In this document: positions 47,504 to 57,956 of the stretch, in pieces
Numbering within the stretch: position 1 is the stretch's first letter
Layout: the number at the start of each line of letters is the position of its first letter
DNA from: Deltaproteobacteria bacterium
GTDB lineage: Bacteria; Myxococcota_A; Polyangia; Polyangiales; Houyiibacteriaceae
Assembly: GCA_034670305.1 (NCBI GenBank)
Contig: JAXMNT010000001.1
Coordinates: forward strand, 192,001-256,000
Length of the DNA stretch: 64,000 nt
Direction: 5' to 3'
Translations under genes and position numbers: made by a program
The notes under the pieces: generated by a model
What the model saw: only the letters and a program-made list of their open reading frames with translations
What the model was told of the DNA's origin: nothing
Database searches by the model: none

Positions 47504-48574
47504 CTAGCCGCCGATGAGACTCATGCCGACGTGTTCGTGTTCGAGCACGTGGTCGTCGAGAAAGAAGTGGCCCTCTGCTTTGCCGGTGAGGGACCACTGC
47601 GTCGCCCATGCGATGTCTTCGTCGTTGCCCCCTTCGCGAAGCACGTCGCGAAGGCTGACCGCGCGGCGCGACGCGAGGCAGGCGCGGAGCTCGCCTTGGG
47701 CGGTGACGCGCACCCGGTTGCAGGTGCCGCAGAATTCGTTGCTCAGCGGCGTGATGAACCCGACCCGCCCGCCGTCGCCCTCGAGGTAGCGTGCAGGTCC
47801 ATGGTTCGCGCGGTGGTCTTCCGGGTCTTGGGCGAGACCACGTCCGAGCTGGGCGATCACTTCGCCGGCCGGGACCCGCGCGTCGAGTCCGAGTTTGGCG
47901 CCTTCGCCGAGCGGCATCAGTTCGATGAACCGCGGGGTGAACCCATGGGCCCAGGCCCAGTCGACGATGCGTCCGGCTTCGTGGTCGGTGCGACCGCGCA
48001 CGAGCACGACGTTGATCTTCACTTCGAGCCCCGCCGCGTCCGCCGCCATGACTCCGCGGAGCACCTGCGCCAGATCGCCGCCGCGCGTCATCGAAGCGAA
48101 GGTGTCGGGGTCGAGGGAGTCGAGCGAGATGTTCACGCCCCGCAGTCCTGCATCCACGAGCGGGACCGCCAACGCTTCCAGTTGGGTGGCGTTGGTGGTC
48201 ATCACCACCTTCGCGCCGGTGGCTGCCACGTGCCGGACGAGATCCACCACGTCCTTGCGGATCAGCGGCTCTCCGCCCGTCAATCGGACGCGTTCGATCC
48301 CCATCGCCGAGAACACCCGGACGATGCGGGCGGCTTCTTCGAACGTCAGGAGCTCCTTGCGCAGCCCGTGTTCGATTTCCCCTCCCGGCGGCATGCAGTA
48401 CACGCACGCGAGGTCGCAGCGATCGGTGACGCTGAGGCGCAGGTAGGAGATCGTCCGGCCCTGGGCATCGACCAGCGGTCCGGTGCGAAACCCCTCGGGT
48501 CTCGGGGGCAACGTCTGCAGCGACGCACGACGGCTCTCGAGAACGGGCAAACGCACACCCGCTTCATACACCAT
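47504..48574 (-). CDS. moaA: GTP 3',8-cyclase (radical SAM)
   Basis: YLRLSVTDRCDLACVYCMP, RLTGGEPL, FCGTCNRVR....CL, C-terminal MSLIGG. Confidence 0.95.
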   Translation of the reverse strand: MVYEAGVRLPVLESRRASLQTLPPRPEGFRTGPLVDAQGRTISYLRLSVTDRCDLACVYCMPPGGEIEHGLRKELLTFEEAARIVRVFSAMGIERVRLTGGEPLIRKDVVDLVRHVAATGAKVVMTTNATQLEALAVPLVDAGLRGVNISLDSLDPDTFASMTRGGDLAQVLRGVMAADAAGLEVKINVVLVRGRTDHEAGRIVDWAWAHGFTPRFIELMPLGEGAKLGLDARVPAGEVIAQLGRGLAQDPEDHRANHGPARYLEGDGGRVGFITPLSNEFCGTCNRVRVTAQGELRACLASRRAVSLRDVLREGGNDEDIAWATQWSLTGKAEGHFFLDDHVLEHEHVGMSLIGG

Positions 48575-48747
48575 CGAGACCCCATGGGCCCGCGGAGCCG
48601 TCGCTGTCAGCAGTGGCTGACAGGCCTGGCAGCCACAGAACGCTTTCCCCAGTGATCACGGCCGATCCGGGATGGCACGCGGCTTGTAATGGAGGGGCTC
48701 GAACCCACGGTCGAGCGAGTCGCCGACCTCAACCCAAGAGAAACACC

Positions 48748-49194
48748 ATGAACAAAATCGGCACCATGAACCCGCACCTCGTCTGGCTCTTCGCACTCGG
48801 CGCGACCTTGCTCGGACTCGCCAGCGGCTACGTCACCCAGAACGCGGGCACCGCGATCTCCAGCGCTGTCTACTTCGGCATCTTCTCCGTCTCGGCGTTC
48901 GGTGCGATGGCCCTGACCCGCGCCAAGGCCTTGGCCGGCGTCGGCGCATTCACCGTTGCGGCGTTGCTCTCCGGCGGCGCGTACTACTTCATCGTCGCCG
49001 CCGCCACGGCGGAAGCGGCGGGCGCACTCGGCGCAGGCGGCGAAGGCGTCGGCGCGATGGGCGCGGTCATGGGCGGCTTCGTCGCCGTCGTCGTGGCGCT
49101 CGGCACCTTCATCGCCGGCATCACCGGTGTGGTCGCGGGCAAGAAGTTCCGCACGAAGGCCCTCGAAGGAGGACCGATCGGCGCGACCGCCTGA
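48748..49194 (+). CDS. Gly/Ala-rich membrane protein
   Basis: About four hydrophobic helices; GC3-rich codons. Confidence 0.7.
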   Translation: MNKIGTMNPHLVWLFALGATLLGLASGYVTQNAGTAISSAVYFGIFSVSAFGAMALTRAKALAGVGAFTVAALLSGGAYYFIVAAATAEAAGALGAGGEGVGAMGAVMGGFVAVVVALGTFIAGITGVVAGKKFRTKALEGGPIGATA

Positions 49195-49218
49195 GCGAGA
49201 CACATTCTACGACGACTG

Positions 49219-49253
49219 CGGCGCGTTCCTTCGGGGCGCGCCGTTCGTCGTTT
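49219..49253 (+). terminator. Putative terminator hairpin
   Basis: CGGCGCGTTCC-TTCG-GGGCGCGCCG followed by a T-rich tail. Confidence 0.5.
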
Positions 49254-49274
49254 GGAGGGGGCTGCTGCGACGAA

Positions 49275-49362
49275 GACAGAACACAGAAGACAGAACACAG
49301 AACGCAGAACACAGAACACAGAACACAGGGGCAAGGGCAAGGGCAAGGGCACGGGCAAGGGC
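49275..49362. repeat. (CAGAACA)n heptamer plus (GGCAAG)n hexamer tract
   Basis: Visible directly between convergent genes. Confidence 0.9.
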
Positions 49363-49376
49363 AACTGACCCTCGGG

Positions 49377-51971
49377 TCAGTTGAGGGTGTTGCAGGCGAC
49401 TTGGTGGCCGAGTTCGCAGGCGATGCGCAGGTCGGCGCGAGCGTCTTCCACCCGGCCGGCGTGTTGCCGGACCAGATACCGGTTGGTACGCATCACCGGG
49501 TCTTGCGGCCTCGCTTCGATCGCCGCGTCCATGTCCGCGAGCGCGTCGGCCGTGTGGTCCAAGTGGTAGTGCGCCAGCCCTCGGTGCATGAGGATCCACG
49601 GGTCGCCGGGCATGGCCTGCAGGGCCCGGGTACAGGCGGAGATCGCTTCGTTGCGGCGCGACCGCGCGAGGAGCGCGCAGCGCCGCTGATGGGCGCGCGG
49701 AAGGTCGGGGGCCAGTTGCAGCGCGCGGTCCACGCTGGCGATCGCTTCCTCGGGATCAGCTTGGGCGAGCGAGAGGTCGAGCCACGCTTCGGTGTGGTTC
49801 GGGTAGAGCCCCACCACCCGCTCGAGGATCGGCCGTGCGTGCATGCGGTGGCCGGTGCGCTCGTAGATCTGCGCGAGTTCCGAGAGTGCATTCAGATCGT
49901 TCGAGTCGTAGCGAAGCGAGGCCCGCAGGTCGTCGTAGGCGAGCGCGCGCCGTCCGGTGCGGTGCCGCAGGATGCCGCGGTTGCGAAGCGTGGCCGCGTC
50001 GGAAGGCTCGAGCGCGAGCGCGCGGTTGAACGCGGCCTCGGCACCTTCGAGGTCGCCCTGCCGCATGGAGACGTAACCCTTCGCGCCCCAGTAGGGCGCG
50101 GTCTCCGGGGCTTCCCGGCCAACGCGATCGAGCAACGCCAGACCCTCGGCTTCGGTCGCGTTCCGCCCAAGCAACACCAGCGCGCGTCCGACGAGCAGGT
50201 TCGGTTGGTTTGGGTGCGCCGCGATCTGCGCGTCGATGCGGGCGAGCGCGGCGTCGACCCCACCGGTCAACATGCGTTCGGGCACGAGCGGATCGCCGTC
50301 TCGGCGGACGTTGTCGGCCATCGAGATCGGGCCGCCGCCTTCCAGATCGGCGGGGGGGATCGGCGTGAGGGCGCCCAGATCGGGAAGGGCGGAGCTCGGG
50401 TTCATCAGTCCGGGGATCGGCGTCAGTTCGGTGGTCGGCGCCTCGGACGGCACCTGCTCGGTCGGTTCGAACTCCGGGTCCGGCGGCTCGACGTCCGGCG
50501 CGTCCGCGACGATGGTCTCTTCGGTGGGCCGAAGCCAGACGCTCCACACCAAGCCGAACACCAGCGCGCCGAGCACGGTGCCAGCGACCACCCAGGGGAC
50601 CACGGACCGGCGCGGCTTGGGTTGGCCCACCGAGTCGATGGCTTCTACCGACTCAGAGACCTCGGCACGCCGGGCCTGAGAGACGTAGGGGCGATCTTCC
50701 GGCGGGATGTCCAGCGGCTCGAGCGCCTCCGCCTTCGACTCTGCGCTCGCTGGGTCCGCGCTTGCGCTCGCTTCCGCGCTGGTGCTCGCTTCCGCGCTGT
50801 CCGCGCTGGGCGGGAACGCGTCGGGCGAGGTCGGGTCTGGAGCGGATGCGTCTGAGGCGTCGGCCGGGGGACGGATGGACGCCGGGCGGGAGGCTTCGGT
50901 CGCGGCGACCGGATCGATCGATGGGTCCGAGTTCGGCCGAGTGATCGACAGCTCTTCGATGCGCCGCGTGGTCTCCACATCGTCGGGCAGGTAGGCGAGC
51001 GCGCGGTCGAGTGCGGCGAGCGCGGCGAAGGTGCGACCCTCCGCGGCGGCTTCTTCCGCGTCGGTGCGCAGGCGGCGGACCCGCTCCTTGGCGCGCGCTT
51101 CTTGGTACGCCGCTGGGTCGCTCGAGAGCGCGACGACTTCGCGCCGGTGTGCGCTCGGTGGCGCCCAGTCGAGGTGTTCCCGGAGCTCGGCGGCCAGCTC
51201 GTGCGCGTCGGCCGGCCGGTCTTCCGGTTGGGGCGAGAGGCATCGGGTCACGAGCGCGTCGAGTGCGGGGGACACGCGCCGGTCGCGGTCGATCAGCGCG
51301 TCGAAGGTGCCGGCCAGAATCGCCGCGACCTCTTCGCCGGAACGCCCCCGCCGAAACGGACGCGACCCACAGAGCAGCTCGTAGAGCACCCCACCGAGCG
51401 CGAAGACATCGGTCGCGGGTGTCGGCGGATCCCCTTCGATCTGTTCCGGCGCCATGTAGGGCACCGAACCGGCCACCGTGCCGGTGCGGGTGAGCCGGGA
51501 GTGGTCCATGCCGAGGGCGAGGCCGAGGTCGACCAGGGTCACGTCGCCGCGCGGAGAGACGATGACGTTCTCCGGTTTCAGATCCCGGTGCACCAGGCCC
51601 GCGGCATGCATCGCACCGACCGCGTCGACCACCGGCGCGACCAGCCGCAGCGCCCCCTCCGGTCCGACGCCGCGGGCCGGGATCAATGCGCGAAGCGTGA
51701 CGCCAAGCAGGAGCGGCATCACCAGGTAAGGCCCGCGCAGCGGATCGATGCCGTGGTCGAGCAGCGCGACGAGGTTCGGATGGCGGACCGAGGCGAGCAC
51801 GTCGATCTCGCGGCTGAACCGCTCCAGCAGGCTGGGGGTCGCCTGTCCGTCCAGACCGGCGGCCAGCACCTTGACGGCCACGTCCTCCCCCGCCGGGCCG
51901 CGCGCGCGGAAGACCCGCGCGAAGCCTCCTTCACCGACCTGATCGGCCAGCTGGTAGGCTCCGACGGTCAT
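49377..51971 (-). CDS. Ser/Thr protein kinase with TM segment and C-terminal TPRs (start 51971 or 51998)
   Basis: GEGGFARV, VAVK, HRDLKPEN, DLG, YMAPEQ; TPR array. Confidence 0.92.
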   Translation of the reverse strand: MTVGAYQLADQVGEGGFARVFRARGPAGEDVAVKVLAAGLDGQATPSLLERFSREIDVLASVRHPNLVALLDHGIDPLRGPYLVMPLLLGVTLRALIPARGVGPEGALRLVAPVVDAVGAMHAAGLVHRDLKPENVIVSPRGDVTLVDLGLALGMDHSRLTRTGTVAGSVPYMAPEQIEGDPPTPATDVFALGGVLYELLCGSRPFRRGRSGEEVAAILAGTFDALIDRDRRVSPALDALVTRCLSPQPEDRPADAHELAAELREHLDWAPPSAHRREVVALSSDPAAYQEARAKERVRRLRTDAEEAAAEGRTFAALAALDRALAYLPDDVETTRRIEELSITRPNSDPSIDPVAATEASRPASIRPPADASDASAPDPTSPDAFPPSADSAEASTSAEASASADPASAESKAEALEPLDIPPEDRPYVSQARRAEVSESVEAIDSVGQPKPRRSVVPWVVAGTVLGALVFGLVWSVWLRPTEETIVADAPDVEPPDPEFEPTEQVPSEAPTTELTPIPGLMNPSSALPDLGALTPIPPADLEGGGPISMADNVRRDGDPLVPERMLTGGVDAALARIDAQIAAHPNQPNLLVGRALVLLGRNATEAEGLALLDRVGREAPETAPYWGAKGYVSMRQGDLEGAEAAFNRALALEPSDAATLRNRGILRHRTGRRALAYDDLRASLRYDSNDLNALSELAQIYERTGHRMHARPILERVVGLYPNHTEAWLDLSLAQADPEEAIASVDRALQLAPDLPRAHQRRCALLARSRRNEAISACTRALQAMPGDPWILMHRGLAHYHLDHTADALADMDAAIEARPQDPVMRTNRYLVRQHAGRVEDARADLRIACELGHQVACNTLN

Positions 51972-53673
51972 GCCATTGGAGAGCGCTTCAGTCGTCATCG
52001 TTGCGGGTCCGGGCGCGGTGCCCGTGCGCCATACGTTCCGGAAAGTCATCACGACCCTCGGAGCGGACGAAAGCGCGGACCTGCGCCTCGGCACGGTTTC
52101 GCGTCAGTGGGCGGTCGTCAAGCGTTCTGGCGACTCCCTGGAGCTCCGGGTGCTCGAAACCGGCGCCACCCACGCGCTGCATCCAGGCAGCAAAGTGGTC
52201 GTGGACGGGGTGCTGTTCGACCTCACCGAGCCGGTCGAGTCCTCGGTCACGGTGCAGCGCCTGCCCATCGATCGAATCGCGCTCGCGCTCGGTGACGTGG
52301 ACGCGCCGGAAGACGCACTCGAAGGGTTGCTTGCCGAGCTGCTCGCGGTCACCGGCGCGGACCGGGGCGCGCTCGTGCTCCGGGAACGGGGCAGCTACAC
52401 CGTGCCGGTCGCGCGGGACAGCAGTGGGGCACCGCTCCCGAACGGGGCGGAACTCCTCAGCGACACCCTGGTTCGCGACGTGCTGGAGCGGGGCGAGTCG
52501 GTCTGCGTCGCGGATGCGCCGAGCCACGATCGCTACGCGCAGATCCCCAGCGTCGCGGCGCTCGAGTTGCGCTCGGTGCTCTGCGTCCCGATGACGCTCG
52601 GCGGCAACGTGATGGGCGCGATCTTTCTCGGCAAGCGGCAGTCGCGCGCGGGGGTGCTGCATCCGGAGTGGGCGGACGACCTGCGGGCGATCGGCTCGAT
52701 GGTGTTGCCCTTGCTCGCGCAGCTCCGGCGGCACGCGGGCCAGCGCGGGGAGGGCGAATACCTGCTGGTCGGAGAAGACGCGTCGATGCAGGAGGTGCGG
52801 CTGCTCGTCCAGAAAGTCGGACCGAGCAACCTGAGCGTGCTGGTCCTCGGAGACACCGGCACCGGCAAGGAGATGGTGGCGCGCGCGCTCCACCACGCGA
52901 GCGACCGCGGCGCCCACGAGATGGTCGCGCTCAACTGTTCTTCGGTGCCGGAGAGTTTGCTCAGCGCGGAGCTCTTCGGCGCGAAGAAGGGCGCCTACAC
53001 CGGCGCGGTCGCCGACCGCGAAGGGGTGATCGAGCGCGCCCATCGCTCGACGTTGTTCCTCGACGAAGTGGGCGACATGCCGCCGTCGATGCAGGCTTCG
53101 CTTCTGCGGGTGCTCGAAGAACGCAAGGTCACCCGCCTCGGCGACGGGCAGGCGCGCAAGGTGGACTTCCGACTCGTCGCCGCGACCCACAAGAACCTGG
53201 AAGACGAAGTGGAGGCCGGCCGCTTTCGGGAAGACCTGCTCTTCCGACTGCAAGAGATGACCATCGTCGTGCCCGCGCTCGCGGCCCGCGGCGACGACGT
53301 CATCTTGTTGGCCACGTTGTTTCTGCGGCGCGCCGAACGAGAGCTCGGGCTGCCGCCGCTCGTCTTGTCGGCGGCGAGCGAGCGGGTGATCCGCACCCAC
53401 CGCTGGCCGGGCAACGTGCGCGAGCTCAAAGCCGCCATGCGCCGTGCTGCGCTGCTGTGCGACGGCGAGACGATCACGCCCGACGATCTCCGGCTCCGCA
53501 CGAGCCGCAGCGTGCCGCCGAGCGCAGACACCAGCCTGCCGCTCACCGAAGCGCGCGAGAAGTTCGTCCAGGAGTACGTGCAGCGCACCCTGACCAAACA
53601 CGAAGGCAACCGAGAAGCCGCCGCCGCCGCGCTCGGCATCAGCCTGCGCACCCTGTACCGCTACCTCGAGTAG
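51970..53673 (+). CDS. Sigma-54-dependent activator (FHA-like, GAF, AAA+, Fis HTH)
   Basis: GDTGTGKE, ELFG..KGAYTGA, LFLDEVGDM, FREDLLFRL, WPGNVREL, C-terminal HTH. Confidence 0.93.
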   Translation: MPLESASVVIVAGPGAVPVRHTFRKVITTLGADESADLRLGTVSRQWAVVKRSGDSLELRVLETGATHALHPGSKVVVDGVLFDLTEPVESSVTVQRLPIDRIALALGDVDAPEDALEGLLAELLAVTGADRGALVLRERGSYTVPVARDSSGAPLPNGAELLSDTLVRDVLERGESVCVADAPSHDRYAQIPSVAALELRSVLCVPMTLGGNVMGAIFLGKRQSRAGVLHPEWADDLRAIGSMVLPLLAQLRRHAGQRGEGEYLLVGEDASMQEVRLLVQKVGPSNLSVLVLGDTGTGKEMVARALHHASDRGAHEMVALNCSSVPESLLSAELFGAKKGAYTGAVADREGVIERAHRSTLFLDEVGDMPPSMQASLLRVLEERKVTRLGDGQARKVDFRLVAATHKNLEDEVEAGRFREDLLFRLQEMTIVVPALAARGDDVILLATLFLRRAERELGLPPLVLSAASERVIRTHRWPGNVRELKAAMRRAALLCDGETITPDDLRLRTSRSVPPSADTSLPLTEAREKFVQEYVQRTLTKHEGNREAAAAALGISLRTLYRYLE

Positions 53674-53683
53674 CGCGCGCGAC

Positions 53684-53905
<222 letters not shown>

Positions 53906-53907
53906 CG

Positions 53908-54438
53908 TCAACGCAGCAGGTCGAGCTCCTCGAACACGATGGCCAACATGTACGCGCGGAAGATGCCGCCCGCGTCGCCCCAGCCCATCCTCCAAGGCAT
54001 CTGATGCGGGTTCACGGTGCGGCGTCCCAAGTCGTTGCGGAGAAATCCTTGGAGCGCCTGCCGCACCGCGCGCAGGTCCCATTGCCAGTCGGGGCGCGCG
54101 GCCGCGATCTCGTCGAGCCGAGGCTTCGCGTCTCGGGCCTTCTCCAGAATGTCCATGTAGGCATGCGTCAACGGGGGCGCCTCGGGATGGCGCTGGGTGC
54201 GAATCAGCGCTTCGGCAATTCTCGAGTCCGCGCCGATCTCCGACGGGTCGGGGTAGTGGCGACCCAACGGTGGCACCAGACCATAGAGCAGCGCTCCGAC
54301 CGCCTTGGCGGTGGTGGTCGCCTGCGAGATCACGTCGTTGACGAGCGGATCCCGGAACTCGCCTGTCGTCGGGTTCAGAGCGCGCCGTACCTGCCGCTCG
54401 ATGTCGGAGAAATCGAGGGCACGAATCTCCGAGTGCAT
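53908..54438 (-). CDS. Hypothetical protein
   Basis: 176-aa ORF with plausible composition, directly after the HAD gene. Confidence 0.6.
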   Translation of the reverse strand: MHSEIRALDFSDIERQVRRALNPTTGEFRDPLVNDVISQATTTAKAVGALLYGLVPPLGRHYPDPSEIGADSRIAEALIRTQRHPEAPPLTHAYMDILEKARDAKPRLDEIAAARPDWQWDLRAVRQALQGFLRNDLGRRTVNPHQMPWRMGWGDAGGIFRAYMLAIVFEELDLLR

Positions 54439-54446
54439 CGTTCTGA

Positions 54447-55187
54447 CTAGAGGAGCCGGAAGTCGCGCAGGTGCTCGAAGCGGCCTTCGGCGCTTGCGGT
54501 CTCGAGCGCCCAGAGATCGACCAGGCCGATGTCGGCCTCGGGGAACGCCGCACGCGCGGCGTCGCAGTCGGACGCCTGGGCTTCGAACGCGCCGATCACG
54601 TCTCCGCGCGCCGCGATGCGCGGCAGGGCAGAGCGCTTGAAGGACTCGGTGCCGAGGGTCGCGTCCGGTTTCAAGACAAGTTGCACGCCCACATCGGCGA
54701 TCGGGAACCCTTGATCGCGAAGCGAAGTGATCGTGCCGAGCAACATGCCGTGCACGTCGCGCCCAGCGAGGTAGACGATGCCGCCGCCCGCGTCGTGGAT
54801 CGCCTGCACGTACTCGACCGCGCCGTGGTTCGGCACATCGAGCAGCGCGTAGTCGTCGGTGTGAAACCGCTCGCGCCAGAACGCGGTCACGTCGTGTACG
54901 AGATCCGCGTGGGTGATGCCGCACTCGCGCAGGGTCTGGCTCAGCAGGTAGTGCACGTGTTCGAGCTCGAGGCCCGACAGCGCGTCGGAGACGTCGGGAT
55001 CTTCCGGCCGCACGGCCTCGGCGTACTCGAGCAGGATCTGCAATGTGCGCGGCCGCGTGTCGTACAGCGCGCCATCGACCCCGAACACCACGAGTGGAGG
55101 TGGCCCGCCATCGGCGGCGGCCATCGCGACACGGTCCAGAACCCGTTGGAGGACCGCGACCTGATGGGGAAGCGGGGGAGGAAGCAT
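54447..55187 (-). CDS. HAD-superfamily protein with degenerate motif I
   Basis: VVFGVDGALYDTRPR; IVYLAGR; LVLKP; FK. Confidence 0.75.
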   Translation of the reverse strand: MLPPPLPHQVAVLQRVLDRVAMAAADGGPPPLVVFGVDGALYDTRPRTLQILLEYAEAVRPEDPDVSDALSGLELEHVHYLLSQTLRECGITHADLVHDVTAFWRERFHTDDYALLDVPNHGAVEYVQAIHDAGGGIVYLAGRDVHGMLLGTITSLRDQGFPIADVGVQLVLKPDATLGTESFKRSALPRIAARGDVIGAFEAQASDCDAARAAFPEADIGLVDLWALETASAEGRFEHLRDFRLL

Positions 55188-55472
55188 CGCCGGACACTAA
55201 ACCAACGGCGCCGCTCTGGAAACGTTTGTGAGCCCTCGTGTCGCGGACCCTTGGAGCCCCGTCCCATTGCCATCGGGGCCTCTCTGCCTTAGGATTGCCT
55301 TCGCTTCGGGCCGCCATCTGTGGGCTGGGGCATTGGGGACCACAGATCGTGTGAACGACATTCGCTCACCATCTGCCCGTGGAGTTTTGTCCAGAGGACG
55401 ACCTCCAAACCCCCGACATCCCTCGCGATGTCCCCACCCAGTTCTTTCTCTGACCCCACGATTCTAGCGCTG

Positions 55473-55946
55473 ATGGCAACCATGGACGACGACGGCAGCG
55501 AACGATCCACCGCAGGAGCGGTGGAAGCGCCGACGCATGGGATCCTCGTGGTCGAATCGGACCCGGACCAGCAATGGCGTTTGGCGCGCCGGCTGACCGT
55601 GGATGGCAACCGGGTGGTTGGGACCAGCTCCGCCGACGGTGCGCTCGCCCTGGTGTCTCGCTGGCCGGTGGATCTGGTGCTCGTCGCGGAAGATCTGCCG
55701 GGCATGGAAGGCCTGGAGCTGGTTCGGCGGCTGCACGAGACCTGCGAAGGTGTGCAGGTCGTCCTGATGACCCACGACGACGGCCCCGACGTCCGGGTCG
55801 CCGCGGCGCTGGCCGGCGCGACCGGGTGCCTCCGCAAGCCGGTCCGCTCTGCAGCGCTCGCCGAGATCATGGCGCGCGCGCTGGGCTCCGACATTCGGCC
55901 TTCGCTGCCGCCGCCCGCGCTGCGCGACATCTCCGCCGCCGAGTAG
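55473..55946 (+). CDS. Single-domain response regulator, atypical receiver
   Basis: ILVVESD, DLVLVAEDLPGMEG, LMT, GA.G.L.KP. Confidence 0.8.
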   Translation: MATMDDDGSERSTAGAVEAPTHGILVVESDPDQQWRLARRLTVDGNRVVGTSSADGALALVSRWPVDLVLVAEDLPGMEGLELVRRLHETCEGVQVVLMTHDDGPDVRVAAALAGATGCLRKPVRSAALAEIMARALGSDIRPSLPPPALRDISAAE

Positions 55947-56054
55947 CACCGAGTCACTTCACCGCCGCTCGATCCGAGGACAAGGGCGCGGGCAAGCGCT
56001 CCTGACGCGATCGTCCTACCCAGCATCGGGTGGTCTGGGCTAGCCTGCTCCGCG

Positions 56055-57956
56055 TTGCGACGCACCGATCCGAACCACCGCCACCGCTTCGGCGGGCTGG
56101 GCCCCCTTCTCGTTGCCTCGATCGCCTGCGCGCTGTTGCTTGCGACCGTCACCGGCGCCCAGCGCGGCGGGACCACGATCGGGGTCGATGAAATCCAGCC
56201 CGGCATGCAGGGCTACGGCCTGAGCGTGCTCCGCGGCACCCAGCCCGAACGTTTCGATGTCGAAGTCATCGACGTCCTGCACAACTTCCGACCCGATCAG
56301 GATCTGATCCTCGCCCGCACGCCGCATCCCCTGCTCAACCGCGCGATCGCGGTCGGCGGCATGAGCGGCAGTCCCATCTACCTCGATGGAAGACTCGCCG
56401 GCGCGTACGCGTACGGCTGGGGTTTTGGACTCGACCCGGTCATCGGCATCACGCCGATCTCGAGCATGCTTCACGAGATGGGACGCACCGTGCGTCCCGA
56501 TGCGTTTCCCGGTGCGCGTCCGCTCGGCAAACTGCGTCCCACCAAAGCGCGTCGCCGCGCCCGTTCGGCGCAGAACGCCGCCGCGCTTGCGCCGCATACA
56601 CCGGGCACCCGCTCGGATGCGTTCGCGCGGCTCCGAAGCCACCGCGACGTGTACGCCCGCGCGACCACCGGCCCAGCCGGCATGCAAGCCGCGATGACGC
56701 CGCTGATGCTCGGCGGCTTCACCGACGACGTCGCCGCGGCGCTCGGCGAAGAGCTCGAACCCTTCGGTCTCGTGCCGCTTCAGGGCGGCGGTGGTGCGGC
56801 ATCGCCCGGCGCGGCCCGGCCTCAGTTCGTCGACGGTGGCGCGATCGGCGTTCAGCTCGTGCGCGGCGACATCTCGGCCACCGCGATCGGCACCGTCACG
56901 CACGTCGGAAACGGCGGCCGGCTCGTCGCGTTCGGCCACCCGATGATGAACCTCGGCCAGATCGGTCTGCCCACCTCCACCGCGCGCGTGCTGCATGTGT
57001 TCCTCAGCCAGGCGCGCAGCTTCAAGATCGCCGAAGCGATCGCGCCGTACGGCACCCTGATCAACGACCGGCCGTCGGCCATCGTCATCGACACCAACTT
57101 GCAGGCCGCCACCATCCCGGTGCGCATCCGGCTCAACGGCATCGAAGGCGCCGCACGCACCGAGTGGAACGTCGAAGTCGCGTCGCATCCTTCGCTCTCG
57201 CCCGTGCTCGTGTTCAGCGCGCTCTCGAACGCGATCAAAGCGAGCGCCTCGGACCAGACCGACGTCGCGTTCACCGCGCGCTACACCACCGTGATCGAGG
57301 GCCAGCCGCCGGTGACGCTGGAAGACCGCGGGGCGATGTTCGGAGGCCCGGCCGACAACCGCGCGCTCGCGCAGTTGCGGCTCTTCGAACTCTTCGACAT
57401 CGCCTACTCGAACCCGTTCGAGGAGAGCCGCATCGAGCGGGTGGAGATCGAACTCGACGTCCGGTTCGAGCGCGACATCGCCCGCATCGTCGAGGCGCGG
57501 GTCGCAGACGACGAAGTCGACCCCGGCAGCGACGTGGACGTGACGATCGTCTACGAACGGTACGGCCGTGGACTCACGGAGCGAACGGTCCAGGTGCACG
57601 TGCCCACGTCGGCGGCCGGGCAGACCGTCGAGTTGAAAGTACAGGGCGGCGGGTCGGTCTCGATCGAACAGCCCACGCCCCGCAACACCGCGGATCTCAT
57701 CCGCTCGGTGTCGAGTGCGTATCCGACGACCTCCATCGTGACCTCGCTCGAGCTGCCGAGCCGCGGTCTGCGCTTTCGAGGGCATGTCGTGACGAGCCTG
57801 CCCCGCAGCGCGTTGAACAGTTTGGAGCGCGTCACCCGCGAGAGCGAAGGACGACCCTTCGCGACCTACCTGCGCCGACCCATCGACGTCGGACACGTCG
57901 TCGTGGGCTCGGCGGAGATCGACCTGCGCGTGCGCGAGACCCCACGAGGAAGATGA
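56055..57956 (+). CDS. SpoIVB peptidase S55 domain protein
   Basis: GMQGYGLSV..GT.PERF.VE, GGMSGSPIY.DG.L.GA, AFGHP. Confidence 0.88.
   Translation: MRRTDPNHRHRFGGLGPLLVASIACALLLATVTGAQRGGTTIGVDEIQPGMQGYGLSVLRGTQPERFDVEVIDVLHNFRPDQDLILARTPHPLLNRAIAVGGMSGSPIYLDGRLAGAYAYGWGFGLDPVIGITPISSMLHEMGRTVRPDAFPGARPLGKLRPTKARRRARSAQNAAALAPHTPGTRSDAFARLRSHRDVYARATTGPAGMQAAMTPLMLGGFTDDVAAALGEELEPFGLVPLQGGGGAASPGAARPQFVDGGAIGVQLVRGDISATAIGTVTHVGNGGRLVAFGHPMMNLGQIGLPTSTARVLHVFLSQARSFKIAEAIAPYGTLINDRPSAIVIDTNLQAATIPVRIRLNGIEGAARTEWNVEVASHPSLSPVLVFSALSNAIKASASDQTDVAFTARYTTVIEGQPPVTLEDRGAMFGGPADNRALAQLRLFELFDIAYSNPFEESRIERVEIELDVRFERDIARIVEARVADDEVDPGSDVDVTIVYERYGRGLTERTVQVHVPTSAAGQTVELKVQGGGSVSIEQPTPRNTADLIRSVSSAYPTTSIVTSLELPSRGLRFRGHVVTSLPRSALNSLERVTRESEGRPFATYLRRPIDVGHVVVGSAEIDLRVRETPRGR

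Noticed and set aside
48575-48747. Moco riboswitch upstream of moaA
   Set aside because: No recognisable conserved motif by eye; an Rfam scan would be needed.
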